Below are positions 43,081 through 52,774 of a DNA stretch of 64,000 nucleotides, in pieces; positions within the stretch are counted from its first letter, which is position 1; every line of letters starts with the position of its first letter. The DNA is from an uncultured bacterium (lineage in GTDB: Bacteria; Chloroflexota; UBA5177; JANWHV01). The stretch spans positions 1,024,001-1,088,000 of the forward strand of contig CAWHAE010000016.1 of the NCBI GenBank assembly GCA_963827235.1. Direction: 5' to 3'. Under the pieces are notes generated by a model. That model did not search any database. It was not told the origin of the DNA and saw only the letters and a program-made list of their open reading frames with translations. Both the position numbers and the translations under genes were made by a program.

Positions 43081-44667
43081 TCACGCTTGCCAAACCGTAT
43101 AGGCGCCCACCTGCGCCACGGAACGCAGGTGTGCATGCGCCATCAGCCAGTCGAAAGCGGCGTCCGGCGGCAGTCCGGTCCATTGTGTGCCGAGGTTTTG
43201 CTCGTCGGCGACGACGACCAGCGGCCGCGTGCGCACGAGTCGACGCAAATCTCCGGGTGTCAGGGCAGAGAGATCGACCAGCGTCCAGCCATGTCCGCGC
43301 AGATCGCCGTAGTGGTACAGCGTGAGAGTCAGGCTGAAGGTCACCAATGTAGCACCGGGCGGGGCGTGTCCGGCGAGCCAGTGAACCGCGCTGAGATCGC
43401 CGGTCTTTCCGTCGGCCAGCGCCGCCAGCGGCCTGCGTATATCCACGGCCAAGATGCCGAGTCCGAGAATCGCCAGCACGAGCGCACCAGGCAGCGCCGG
43501 GCGCCATGCGGACAACAGGTAGCGGACCGTGGCGGCCAGTCCGACCGCCTCCAGTATGGCAAGCGGCGGTGCGTAGATCAGGGCAAACCGTGCACTCTCG
43601 AACGGCACGCCGGAGAGGTACAGCGCGGGCACGAGCCACCATGCCAGCAGCAAGAGCAGTAACGGGCCGGCGTTGGGTACGTACCCATGTGATCGCCGGG
43701 TCATCCGGATGCCTCCGGCCAGCGCCAGGATAGCTGCCGGCACGAAGGGAGCGAGCAGAAATGGCAGCGACTGCGGCGCCACCAGCGGCCGAAGCAGGTA
43801 AAACTCGCCCACGCTCATCGGGTAGTGCTGCAGGCCGTCCGCGGTGAAGAAGCGGGTTTGCCAGTAGTGCTGGATGCTCCAAGAGGTGAGCCACTGCTGG
43901 TGCACTACGGGATTGCTATAGCTCACTGTGGATAGCAGCAGCGGGACTGCTGCCACGGCAACGCCCAGCAGCGCGGCCACCGCCGGGCGAACGCCGGACC
44001 GGCCACGCTGTGCCAACCAGTACAGCGCGAACGCCACGCCCAACGGCGCATATTCAAGGCGCGTGGAGACGGCCAGGGCGAAGCAAGTGCCGGCCAGGAA
44101 GCTGATGCCCAGCCTGTGCTGCTGGGGCAATTCCACCCAGGGAGTTGTCCAGAGCCATGCCGCGCACATGGCCCAGAACAGGGCCGGTGCGTCGGCCATG
44201 ATCGTGCCGCTGGCCTGGACCTCCAGTCCGGCCAGGCCTATCAGGAGCGCCGCCAACGTGGCGATCACCGTCGACCACGTACCTTTGAATAGAGATTGGG
44301 CTACGCGAAACGCCAGCAGGTGTGTCAACGCCACCACTCCCAGGCCTGCCGCCACGCTTACAGCCAGAGCGGCATATGCGGACGAGGTGCCGGCTAGCGC
44401 GGTCGCCGCCGCCACAAGGACAGGCTCGCCCAAGGGCCAATAGAGGTGCAGCGGGCTGGGCAGCCACGGCCACGGGTAGCTAAGGCTATGGGCGCGCCAA
44501 AGCTCCACGCCGTGATAGTAGTAGGCGTAGGAATCCTGCCCGTACAGGCCGTCGAAATGCAGGCTCCAGAGTGCCCAGAGCCGGACGAGCAGCGCGAGTG
44601 CGATCACCGCCGCCAGGCACACCCGGTTCGCGGCAGGCCGCGATGCCAGATACTCGTCTTGCTTCAA
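43081..44667 (-). CDS. GT-C (ArnT/PMT/GT39-like) polytopic membrane glycosyltransferase
   Basis: First TM followed by DGLYGQDSYAY, WPLG, MADAP, STR.EY; many TM helices. Confidence 0.7.
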   Translation of the reverse strand: MKQDEYLASRPAANRVCLAAVIALALLVRLWALWSLHFDGLYGQDSYAYYYHGVELWRAHSLSYPWPWLPSPLHLYWPLGEPVLVAAATALAGTSSAYAALAVSVAAGLGVVALTHLLAFRVAQSLFKGTWSTVIATLAALLIGLAGLEVQASGTIMADAPALFWAMCAAWLWTTPWVELPQQHRLGISFLAGTCFALAVSTRLEYAPLGVAFALYWLAQRGRSGVRPAVAALLGVAVAAVPLLLSTVSYSNPVVHQQWLTSWSIQHYWQTRFFTADGLQHYPMSVGEFYLLRPLVAPQSLPFLLAPFVPAAILALAGGIRMTRRSHGYVPNAGPLLLLLLAWWLVPALYLSGVPFESARFALIYAPPLAILEAVGLAATVRYLLSAWRPALPGALVLAILGLGILAVDIRRPLAALADGKTGDLSAVHWLAGHAPPGATLVTFSLTLTLYHYGDLRGHGWTLVDLSALTPGDLRRLVRTRPLVVVADEQNLGTQWTGLPPDAAFDWLMAHAHLRSVAQVGAYTVWQA

Positions 44668-44766
44668 CGTGGATCCCCGATCGCTCGTGGGCTGTTCGCG
44701 GGCAGCGTGCGACGGCTCCTAACCGCTCCTCTATCTCGACGGGACACTTTCGGAACCACCTTCAAG

Positions 44767-44786
44767 TACGTACGCGGTCGGTTACA
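44767..44786 (-). promoter_or_regulatory. Locus motif copy 2
   Basis: Reverse strand TGTAACC GACCG CGTACGTA, about 100 nt upstream of 44667. Confidence 0.7.
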
Positions 44787-45107
44787 GAACTGCCGACCAC
44801 CAGGCCCGAAGCAGGGGCGGCAATCGGCACGATTCTCCTGCTGCGGGCGAAGCCATCTGTCGGCATGCATAGGTGGCCGGGATGGATCGCAGCCGTGGCC
44901 GCCGTTTCGGCGATCGGAGCGCTCCTGATCACACCGCGCACTCGCTGACCGCAGCAGACTTCGATCCGACGAGCCCTCTGGAGCAACAATCCGGTGGCGC
45001 CCAAGTGACCGAGCTGGGAGAAGCGTGGCAGCTCTTTGTCGCGCACTCACTCCTGGGCGTTGGGGCGAGCTGCTACCTGCCCGCTCTCTCACCAACGTTG
45101 CCGGCAG

Positions 45108-47120
45108 CTATCGCACGCGGAGGCGCGACTCTGGTTCGACTCGCCTGTCTGGGGGAGAGGGTACCGCGATCGCACCTCGAGAGACCATGCCGGATCGCCG
45201 TCTCTCGTCGATCGTCAGCTCGGCGGCCGATGTCGTTGCGAGGCCGCAAAGCAGCCAGAATGCGAGGCTCACGGCATGGGAATCGAGAAAATCATCGACC
45301 AGTCCGTGCCCAAGGAAAGCGGCGAACGCAGCGACCAGTCCAACATGCCAGGCGCTCGGTGCGACATCCATTCGAAACCAGCCCGCGGCGATCAGTGGCC
45401 ACCACACGGTGCCGAGGAATGCAAAGTAGATCCCGGCTCCGAGCACGCCCAGGTCCGCAAGTATTTCCAGGTACAGCTCGTTGGCCAGTATCCGCGTGTC
45501 CCAGTTTGCCAGCGGCGGTCTCATGTACATCCCGTACTGCAGGCGATAGTTGTCCGGGCCGACCCCCAGAAGCGGATGCGCCCGGATCATGGACCATGCT
45601 GCTTTCCAAAGATTCAGGCGACTGGGCTCGCTGATGACGCGTGGCAATGCGGCTGGGCCTGCCGCCGAGGTGATCTGCGTGCGCTCAGGTGCCGCATTGC
45701 ACGACGCCTTGGCGGCTGAGCTTCCGAGCACCAAGACCGGATTGCCGACGTAGGAGGCGCTCTTGAGGCTGAACCACGTCACGTTCTCCTGAACCATGTC
45801 CCAGACCAGCGCGTAGCGCCCGGGCTGGGGCGGAGCCTGAATCCGCGCTTGAACGCGCACGGTGCTGCCTGGCTGCACCGGGTCTGGCAAGGACGTACGT
45901 GGATTTTCGAACTGGGCAACCTTACCCGTGGCGTAGAGCCAGTGGTAGCCGAGGTTGTAGACGTTCTTGCCGGACGCCTGCCAGACGAACGGACTCTTGT
46001 TGACAATCACCACCGGAAGTGCGAGCCGCTGGCAAACCTGAAGAGCAGACGGCAGGCGACTGCTATAGGTCGCTAGATACCACTGTTGATCGCTTGGACT
46101 CGTCAGGCGGAGCAGCGCGAGTGGCGTCGCGATGAGCGTGATGCAGCAGGCACTCGTGAACAGCACGACGAGGGCGGTGAGCATGCGCACCTGCAGCGGT
46201 CTGGTCGAGAAACGCTCGCGAGAGCGGTACGATAGCGCCGCGGCGACCGCTGCTGACGAAGCGACGCCGAGCAAGGCACCGCGACTGAAGGTAAGCAGGA
46301 TGCCCTCAAAAAGCAGCACGGCGGCCACAAGCCAGCCAAGCACACTTGCCCACTGTGGTCGCTGCCTTCCCGCGGCAATGACGAGCCCGGCAATTGCAAG
46401 GGGAAGAGCGAGCTCAAAATACATTGCGGCGATGTTGGCATACTCGAACGTGCCGCTGAGCCTGAGGAATGATCCTGCCAGTGTTGGCTTCGCCTTGAAG
46501 CCGCTCAGGCTTCCCGCGTACCCCGCTCCCAGCGCGAACTCAAGAATACCGATACCTGCCGCTACAGTGGCGCCGGCCACGATCGCTTGCGGGATGAGGC
46601 TGATCTTGCGACGTGCTGATGCTAGCCACAGTGGCATGACCAACCAGAGCAAAGCACCGACGACGCTGTCGAGCGTCCATTTCAGGCTGTTGTCGCGCCC
46701 GGCCGGAGTCGACGCTCCGATGCTAGAGAGCAGCGAGCAGATGAGCAGGGCTGCGAGCAACCCGAGTGGGAGGCGTACCGCCCTGAATGAGCGCCGGATC
46801 GCGATCCTCCGCGCGGGTTCCAGTCCGAACCGGATCAGCGTCGCGACGCCGATCCCCGTGACCACATACAGCACGAGCTTGAGGTTGGTAAGCGTCACGA
46901 GGCGCGTATGGATAAGAGGGCGTTGCGTCAGCTCGAATGGCAGCGCGGCCGCCAGCACGACAAGACCAAGGCAGCCATAGCGCTCCAGAGGGGCCGTAGC
47001 CACGTACTTTCGCCGCACTTCTTGCCTCGCGATCGACTCGGTGCGAGCGGTGCCAGCGCTGGCCGCCGCAGATCGATGTCGCGCCTCCCGAGGCCTGGCC
47101 ACTCGAGAGCCGCGATTCAC
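45108..47120 (-). CDS. O-antigen ligase-like membrane protein with inserted extracytoplasmic Ig-like domain
   Basis: RLSGTFEYANIAA, LTFSRGA, LGYHW...PGRYALVWDMVQE..TWF insert, SRLNLW...HPLLGVG.DNY. Confidence 0.82.
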   Translation of the reverse strand: MNRGSRVARPREARHRSAAASAGTARTESIARQEVRRKYVATAPLERYGCLGLVVLAAALPFELTQRPLIHTRLVTLTNLKLVLYVVTGIGVATLIRFGLEPARRIAIRRSFRAVRLPLGLLAALLICSLLSSIGASTPAGRDNSLKWTLDSVVGALLWLVMPLWLASARRKISLIPQAIVAGATVAAGIGILEFALGAGYAGSLSGFKAKPTLAGSFLRLSGTFEYANIAAMYFELALPLAIAGLVIAAGRQRPQWASVLGWLVAAVLLFEGILLTFSRGALLGVASSAAVAAALSYRSRERFSTRPLQVRMLTALVVLFTSACCITLIATPLALLRLTSPSDQQWYLATYSSRLPSALQVCQRLALPVVIVNKSPFVWQASGKNVYNLGYHWLYATGKVAQFENPRTSLPDPVQPGSTVRVQARIQAPPQPGRYALVWDMVQENVTWFSLKSASYVGNPVLVLGSSAAKASCNAAPERTQITSAAGPAALPRVISEPSRLNLWKAAWSMIRAHPLLGVGPDNYRLQYGMYMRPPLANWDTRILANELYLEILADLGVLGAGIYFAFLGTVWWPLIAAGWFRMDVAPSAWHVGLVAAFAAFLGHGLVDDFLDSHAVSLAFWLLCGLATTSAAELTIDERRRSGMVSRGAIAVPSPPDRRVEPESRLRVR

Positions 47121-47210
47121 CGTCACTCCTTATCAGTCACCTCTGAGACCCCGGCGGCCGCGTTTTGCTCTGGAGAGTACAGCTCTGCGAAGTGCAGTCC
47201 CGCCACCTGA

Positions 47211-47230
47211 TAAATACGTGGGCGGTTACA
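47211..47230 (-). promoter_or_regulatory. Locus motif copy 3
   Basis: Reverse strand TGTAACC GCCCA CGTATTTA, about 90 nt upstream of 47120. Confidence 0.7.
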
Positions 47231-47452
47231 GAGCGGGCCCACGGCAGCATTGTCACGCGAAGAGCTACTCGCCGCATGTGACTGGACCTTGTGGGTGATG
47301 GCGGCAGAACCCGCTTCTCACCTATACTCCCGGTGAGTCGTGGGCCCGCCGGCCATCCGGGTGTTTGCCACGGATGACACTCACGGTCGTTGCTCGAGCG
47401 AGCAACAACCCGGCGTTGGAAGACTGCTTCACCCCAGCATGACGCAGTCGAT

Positions 47453-47530
47453 CGAAAAAGGTAACCCCGTCGCGAGGCGGGCACACAGAGCCAGGGGACT
47501 CGGCGTGCCGAGTTATCCCAGCCGCCGAAA
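47453..47530 (+). ncRNA. c-di-GMP-I (GEMM)-like riboswitch, variant or degenerate
   Basis: AAAAGGTAAC-CCCGTC-GCGA-GGCGGG-CACACAGAGCC-AGGGG-ACTCGGC-GT-GCCGAGT-TATCCCAGCCGCCGAA: GNRA-capped 6-bp stem plus second stem, ending 15 nt before the GH gene. Confidence 0.55.
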
Positions 47531-47545
47531 CGAGGGTTCCGCGCC

Positions 47546-49165
47546 GTGAGGCCTGTTCAGCAGGCTCAGTCTACTTGGAGTCAGATCCGCGCGGTGGCCG
47601 TTATCATGCTCGTGCTGCTGGCATGCGCCACCTCTCTTGTTCGTTATCCTCCGGCTGCCCAGGGCGCGCGAGGCTACCGTGCCGGTTCTCCGGCCGCCAA
47701 GAATGAGTTCCAGGCTGTCGCACAGCGTGGCGACCGCGAGATGGCGCTCGGCACCGGCGGCAGCTCCGCGCTACGCGCCGTTGCCACCAGATCTATGCTG
47801 GCCGGCATCAAGATGCTCAACTATTATCCGGAGCAATACAACTGGTCCAACATGTGGACGCACTGGTCACCGTCGACCATAGACAGCGACTTTGCACGCA
47901 TCGCGGCACTTCACGCCAACGCCGTGCGCGTCATCCTGCAGGCCTGGACTATCGGCTACCCGAGCCCACAACCGATCATGCTCAGCCGGCTTGCCCAGAT
48001 GATCGATCTCGCGGCCAAGCATGGACTGCGCGTGCAGCTCACGCTGTTCGATTGGTGGGACCGTTACGCCGATCTTTTCGGCAGCAGGGAGTGGCTGTCC
48101 GACGTGCTGGCCCCGTACGCAACCGACCCCCGCATCGCCTTTGTCGAACTGCAAAACGAAGTCGACCCAGCGGATCCGGCATTCGTGGGCTGGGCGCGGC
48201 AGATGATCCCGTACGTACATACCGTCTTCCCTGCCATTCCGGTCACGATCTCCGTCTACGGCGTGGCCACGCTTCAACGCTTGTTGGCTGCACTGCAATC
48301 CTCGCCGCTGGATTTCGCCGACTTGCACTACTACGGCGCGGCCTGGTGTGCTGGCACGACGTTGCGTCAGGCTGCAGTAACCGCTGCGCCTCTGCCCATG
48401 TTCGTTGGCGAGACGGGATTCTCCACGTCGCCAGACAGGCCGGAGGTGGCCGGATTGCCCGATACACCACCGGACCTGGAAGCGTTTCAAGACTACTACT
48501 TTCGATCGGTAGCCTACGCTGCCCGTTCCCTTGGACTACCGGAGCCGGCCGTCTGGACTCTGCACGATTTTGCGCCGGGGTCCCTGACGTGGACTCCCGC
48601 GAGCAGCCCTGAATACGGCTACGGCATCGTCCGCACAGACGGGTCCACGAAGCCTGTGGCATCGTCGGTGGCCTCGGCGTATGGTGCCGGCGTGATCGAC
48701 GCGTCCTTCGACAACGGCTTCGAGCTCTGTACCGCCGGCGCCGAGCCGCCGCTGTGGAGATACGCCAATTCCACGACCCAGGAGTTTTCCTGCGACCTCA
48801 CCGTGGCTCATACAGGCAAGGCCTCACTGCGCTTTTCGCCTTCAACCGGCGCGGGCGTGAATGCTCCCTACCTGTACGTCTGTCCGGTCTGGTGGCCCGG
48901 AGCCCCAGGCCAGACCTACGTGGTGACCGCCTGGGCCATGAGGGTGAGTGCCGCAGGAAGGCCGGAATTGGCCCTGCAATGGTTCGATGCCGCTGGAATG
49001 CACCTCGGCCCGCGTGCATCGGCAACGCTGGCGTCCGGTACGGCAACGTGGTCACAGCTGCGCGTCCAGACCACGGCTCCAGCTGGTGCCGCCTACGCAC
49101 AGATCTCTCTCCGGTCAACGGGTCCTGGGGCAACCTGGTTTGACGATGTAGCGTTCGAGTCGTGA
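47546..49165 (+). CDS. Secreted clan GH-A (GH5/GH2-like) glycoside hydrolase with C-terminal CBM4/9-like domain
   Basis: N-terminal hydrophobic segment; LNYYP, NAVRV, ELQNE, DLHYY, VGETG; DNGFE...AHTGKAS...WFDDV. Confidence 0.82.
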   Translation: MRPVQQAQSTWSQIRAVAVIMLVLLACATSLVRYPPAAQGARGYRAGSPAAKNEFQAVAQRGDREMALGTGGSSALRAVATRSMLAGIKMLNYYPEQYNWSNMWTHWSPSTIDSDFARIAALHANAVRVILQAWTIGYPSPQPIMLSRLAQMIDLAAKHGLRVQLTLFDWWDRYADLFGSREWLSDVLAPYATDPRIAFVELQNEVDPADPAFVGWARQMIPYVHTVFPAIPVTISVYGVATLQRLLAALQSSPLDFADLHYYGAAWCAGTTLRQAAVTAAPLPMFVGETGFSTSPDRPEVAGLPDTPPDLEAFQDYYFRSVAYAARSLGLPEPAVWTLHDFAPGSLTWTPASSPEYGYGIVRTDGSTKPVASSVASAYGAGVIDASFDNGFELCTAGAEPPLWRYANSTTQEFSCDLTVAHTGKASLRFSPSTGAGVNAPYLYVCPVWWPGAPGQTYVVTAWAMRVSAAGRPELALQWFDAAGMHLGPRASATLASGTATWSQLRVQTTAPAGAAYAQISLRSTGPGATWFDDVAFES

Positions 49166-49223
49166 CGAGGCCGCTTTCTCTCGTCATGGCATGGGCGGCA
49201 ACTCATGCTTAGTCTTGAGCCGA

Positions 49224-50852
49224 TCACGTGCCGCTTGCGCCGCGGGTTGGGTCTCGCAGCGGCGTGGCACGCGGCGCCGCATGGCAGCTGTCCGCAGGCA
49301 GGCCGCGGGGCACTGTTGTGAAGACTGCCAGGGAGATGATCCAGAGCGTTGCAACCGGTTGATTCACCCAGATGTAGAAGTCGAAGAGTCCGGCCACGGC
49401 GACGACAACCAGGCTGGCACCGGCCAGCGCGCGCCAGGGCTCCAGGCCCGTGTGCCCATCATCCGCGCCGCTAGATAGCTCGCTTGGCGGGATGTGCAGC
49501 AATATGCGACGTGGCACGGCCTGCCGGCCCGTGCGGCCTCTCACTGGGGCGACAGAGTTGCGTTTGCGCTCCTGGAGGCCGAGATCCAGCAAGGGGGCCA
49601 GCATCAGCGACAGCCAGCTGAGACTGCCAAGCGGTCCCAGCTCGGTTTGGGCGAGCAGGTACGTGTCGTGCACCGGAAGGAGGCCGAGCTTAGCGGGCGC
49701 TACCAAGTGCAGGAAGCGTTCTTCCGCAAGCACGAAGTTATTGCCGCCGACGCCGGTGAGCGGTCGCAGAGCAATGACCTGCATGGACCGATCTGCCAAG
49801 TCGAGGCGCTGCTGAATGGAAACCCGCTCCAGGATATTGCTGGCCGGTTGCAGACGCACACCCACGGCGTCCCTGTTCACGAAGAGCAGCAGGATGAGCA
49901 CAAGGCAGCTGCTCAGGACGATCGCCTGCCCTCGCCGCGTGTACCTTGCACGGTCGTTGCGCTCGCGATTGCAGGATCTCACAGCTACGAGATACCCGGT
50001 AGCGACAAGCAAACCCAGCCATGCGGAGCGCGAGTAGCTCACGACGATGGCCGCAAGCATCAAGGCCAGACACAGCAGCAGGAATGCCTCAGAGAGCGCA
50101 TGAGCGGCGCGGCGCTGCCCCTGGCGGGTACGGCGGTCGTTTGTGTCGGCGTGCAGGAAGAGACCGATGACCAACGGGAGAGCGGCGGCCGTCAGGCCAC
50201 CGAGCACATTTGGATGTGGTAGCACGCCATAGGCTCGCAAGAGTGCCCTGCCATGCACCTGCACGACGGCGGTTCCCAGAGTCGTACGAAGCATGCGCGG
50301 CTCCCCCAGCCAGGTCAAGCCGAGCGGATTCTGATGCACTGCCTGTGCAACAGCCAGGAGGCTGTTCAGCGCAAGCCCCGGCGCGAGCACCCATGCGACA
50401 GTCCCCGCTGTGATCAACCCCGCGACGAGCGTACGCCGAAGGCAAATGTAGAGCAGGGCCAGCCCGGCCGAGCGCACAGCAAAGTGCACTGCCGCGACCT
50501 GGCTCGTCGCTCCGAAGACGGCAAGGACGCTCGCCAGGACGAAGAGCAGCAAGGCCCCGGATGTCCAGTGTGCCACGCCGTGGACATGATCTCGGCGGCA
50601 GAGCACGGTCGTAGCCCAGCCGAGGAGCATACCCACGAACAGCAGGTCGGCGAGGTCAAAGCCCGTGTTGAGGAGTCCGTTTCGTGGCGCGGCGATGTCG
50701 AGACGCGAGAATGGCCAGTGAGGTCCCCACGGTAACGTGACCAGCAGCAGCTTACAGCAGACGTGCGCAAGCTGCGGACCGAGCCTGGCGGCTTGCGCGC
50801 TAATGCGCGTGGCGATGCCGGTACCGGCTGCTACGGACGATCGTGTGGTCAC
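49224..50852 (-). CDS. O-antigen ligase family protein
   Basis: AGGAG RBS; RAYGVLPHPNVLGG, SYSRSAW, PLTGVGGNNF, PVHDTYLL..ELG. Confidence 0.88.
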   Translation of the reverse strand: MTTRSSVAAGTGIATRISAQAARLGPQLAHVCCKLLLVTLPWGPHWPFSRLDIAAPRNGLLNTGFDLADLLFVGMLLGWATTVLCRRDHVHGVAHWTSGALLLFVLASVLAVFGATSQVAAVHFAVRSAGLALLYICLRRTLVAGLITAGTVAWVLAPGLALNSLLAVAQAVHQNPLGLTWLGEPRMLRTTLGTAVVQVHGRALLRAYGVLPHPNVLGGLTAAALPLVIGLFLHADTNDRRTRQGQRRAAHALSEAFLLLCLALMLAAIVVSYSRSAWLGLLVATGYLVAVRSCNRERNDRARYTRRGQAIVLSSCLVLILLLFVNRDAVGVRLQPASNILERVSIQQRLDLADRSMQVIALRPLTGVGGNNFVLAEERFLHLVAPAKLGLLPVHDTYLLAQTELGPLGSLSWLSLMLAPLLDLGLQERKRNSVAPVRGRTGRQAVPRRILLHIPPSELSSGADDGHTGLEPWRALAGASLVVVAVAGLFDFYIWVNQPVATLWIISLAVFTTVPRGLPADSCHAAPRATPLRDPTRGASGT

Positions 50853-50894
50853 TGATGGCTCCTGCCCCCACGCCCCCGGCACGTCTCTTGCATG

Positions 50895-50914
50895 TATGTA
50901 CGGGGACGATTACA
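50895..50914 (-). promoter_or_regulatory. Locus motif copy 4
   Basis: Reverse strand TGTAATC GTCCC CGTACATA. Confidence 0.65.
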
Positions 50915-50942
50915 CCGCGTTTCGGCCGGCGCGCTGCCATGT

Positions 50943-50962
50943 CGTAACCTAGCGCGTATGTA
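50943..50962 (+). promoter_or_regulatory. Locus motif copy 5 (divergent from copy 4)
   Basis: CGTAACC TAGCG CGTATGTA. Confidence 0.68.
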
Positions 50963-51078
50963 CACGCAGCAGGATCTACTGGCGCACGCCGGATGCTGGT
51001 CTCGGCGCAGGGCCTCGCAGCGGCGCCGTCCAGCAAGCAGAAGCACTGAAGGCAGGACAACCGGTGGAAGGGAAGCCC

Positions 51079-52344
51079 ATGGTGCTGATCGGGATCGACG
51101 TATCATCGGCGCTTGCCGGCCCGCGCAGTGGTGTCGGCAACTACACGATGAATCTGGTGCGCCAGCTGCAGCAGCAGGAAGAGGTCGGAAACGCGTGTTT
51201 CATGTACTTCTCCAACCGGGATGGCCAGCTGTTTGTCGAGCGGTCAGGCGCACTTGGGGCGGCAACGACCTACCCATATGACCGGCTTCGCTGGCACCTC
51301 GTGTGGATGACGGCAGGTCTACCGCGCAGTGTCGCCCGTACACGACCGGATATGCTCCATTTTCCTAATCATCTTGCACCAATTACCGGTCTGGGCACCA
51401 CGCCGTACGTTCTCACCGTTCACGACATGTCGGTCTATCGCTGCCCGCAGTACCACACCCGGAAGACGGTGGCCGTACATCGGGCGGTCATGCCTCTAGC
51501 CGCACGCCATGCACGGGCCATCGTGACCGTGAGTGACACGGCACGCCAGGACATACTGCAGTACTTGAACGTGCCGCCCGAGCGGGTGCGTGTGGTGCAT
51601 GAGGGCGTCGGCCCACAGTTCAGGCCGCTAGCCACGCCGCGTGAGCCGCATCCCGACGAACTGCGGCGGCGCTATGCACTGCCGGAGCTGTACATCCTGA
51701 CGGTAAGTACCATCGAGCCGCGCAAGAATCATGGTCGTCTTCTGGAGGCGTTCCGCTGGCTCACGCAGCAGGAGCACATTCCGCATCACTTGCTTATCGC
51801 CGGTGCCCACGGCTGGAAGGACACCGGACTTCGTCAGTGGGTCCGGCGTCATGGGCTCGCCGATCGCGTGCGATTCCTCGGCTACGTGCCCGAGTGCGAT
51901 CTGCCGGGTCTGTATCGCGCGGCCGACATCTTCGCTTATCCATCGCTGTACGAGGGTTTCGGCTTACCGGTTCTGGAGGCAATGGCATCCGGCATACCCT
52001 GCGTGATCTCTACCGATCCTGCTCTCTGCGAAGTTGCCGGCAAGAGCAACGTCGTTGCTGTCAATCCATACTCGGCGTCCGACATCGCTGCCGGGCTCTT
52101 CGCGGTTCTGCACAACCCTGATCTGGCTGCTGAGCTGCGGCACCGGGGTCTCGTCCGTGCCGGCACGTTCACGTGGGGAGCCTGCGCTGAGCAGACCTAT
52201 CAACTGTACTGTGACGTCACCGACGCCGCAGCGTCGCCGGTGGCCACGCGTGACAAGCGGTCCGGCACGAGACAACCGTGGCTGACGTACCAGGGCGGCC
52301 TCAACCCGCGGAGCAGACTTCGGTCGTCCCGCTACCCTACGTAG
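51079..52344 (+). CDS. Glycosyltransferase family 4
   Basis: SGVGNYT, LTVHD, TIEPRKN, PSLYEGFGLPVLEAMASG. Confidence 0.94.
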   Translation: MVLIGIDVSSALAGPRSGVGNYTMNLVRQLQQQEEVGNACFMYFSNRDGQLFVERSGALGAATTYPYDRLRWHLVWMTAGLPRSVARTRPDMLHFPNHLAPITGLGTTPYVLTVHDMSVYRCPQYHTRKTVAVHRAVMPLAARHARAIVTVSDTARQDILQYLNVPPERVRVVHEGVGPQFRPLATPREPHPDELRRRYALPELYILTVSTIEPRKNHGRLLEAFRWLTQQEHIPHHLLIAGAHGWKDTGLRQWVRRHGLADRVRFLGYVPECDLPGLYRAADIFAYPSLYEGFGLPVLEAMASGIPCVISTDPALCEVAGKSNVVAVNPYSASDIAAGLFAVLHNPDLAAELRHRGLVRAGTFTWGACAEQTYQLYCDVTDAAASPVATRDKRSGTRQPWLTYQGGLNPRSRLRSSRYPT

Positions 52345-52597
52345 CCGGCGACTGTCGCTCTCGACAGTGCCGCGGCGGGCGAGCATGACGCCACGTTTTC
52401 GATGCGACTGGATGGCGCCGAGCTCGCCGCTAAGTGAACACGATTTCCTTGTGAATGCCCTGCAGATACTCATGCGACGCGGCTGGTGGGTGCGACTGGA
52501 TATCGCCGGTCGGCGAAAATCCCTACCCGCGAAGGTCAATCGGAGGTGGCTCGCTCGACTCTTCGCCAGGACTGCCGCCGTACGTTGCGCCCAGACC

Positions 52598-52617
52598 TGT
52601 AACCCGGCTCGTATGAC
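52598..52617 (+). promoter_or_regulatory. Locus motif copy 6
   Basis: TGTAACC CGGCT CGTATGAC, upstream of the 52775 operon. Confidence 0.65.
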
Positions 52618-52774
52618 TTACCGAATAGCTGCCGAGCAAGACTCTGAGCTTATGGCAAGTCCGTTAGGGCAGTATCCGCGAGTCATCGTGCCGATGCAGA
52701 GAGACACAAGACCGCACACCGTTACCGACCGGGCTAGATGGCGTTTCAGTGCCTAGATTGCAGGGTTGGCACCG

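Noticed and set aside
43076-43894. N-terminal extension of the 669-aa GT4 ORF
   Set aside because: Overlaps the GT-C gene in another frame; true start taken as ATG 43075.
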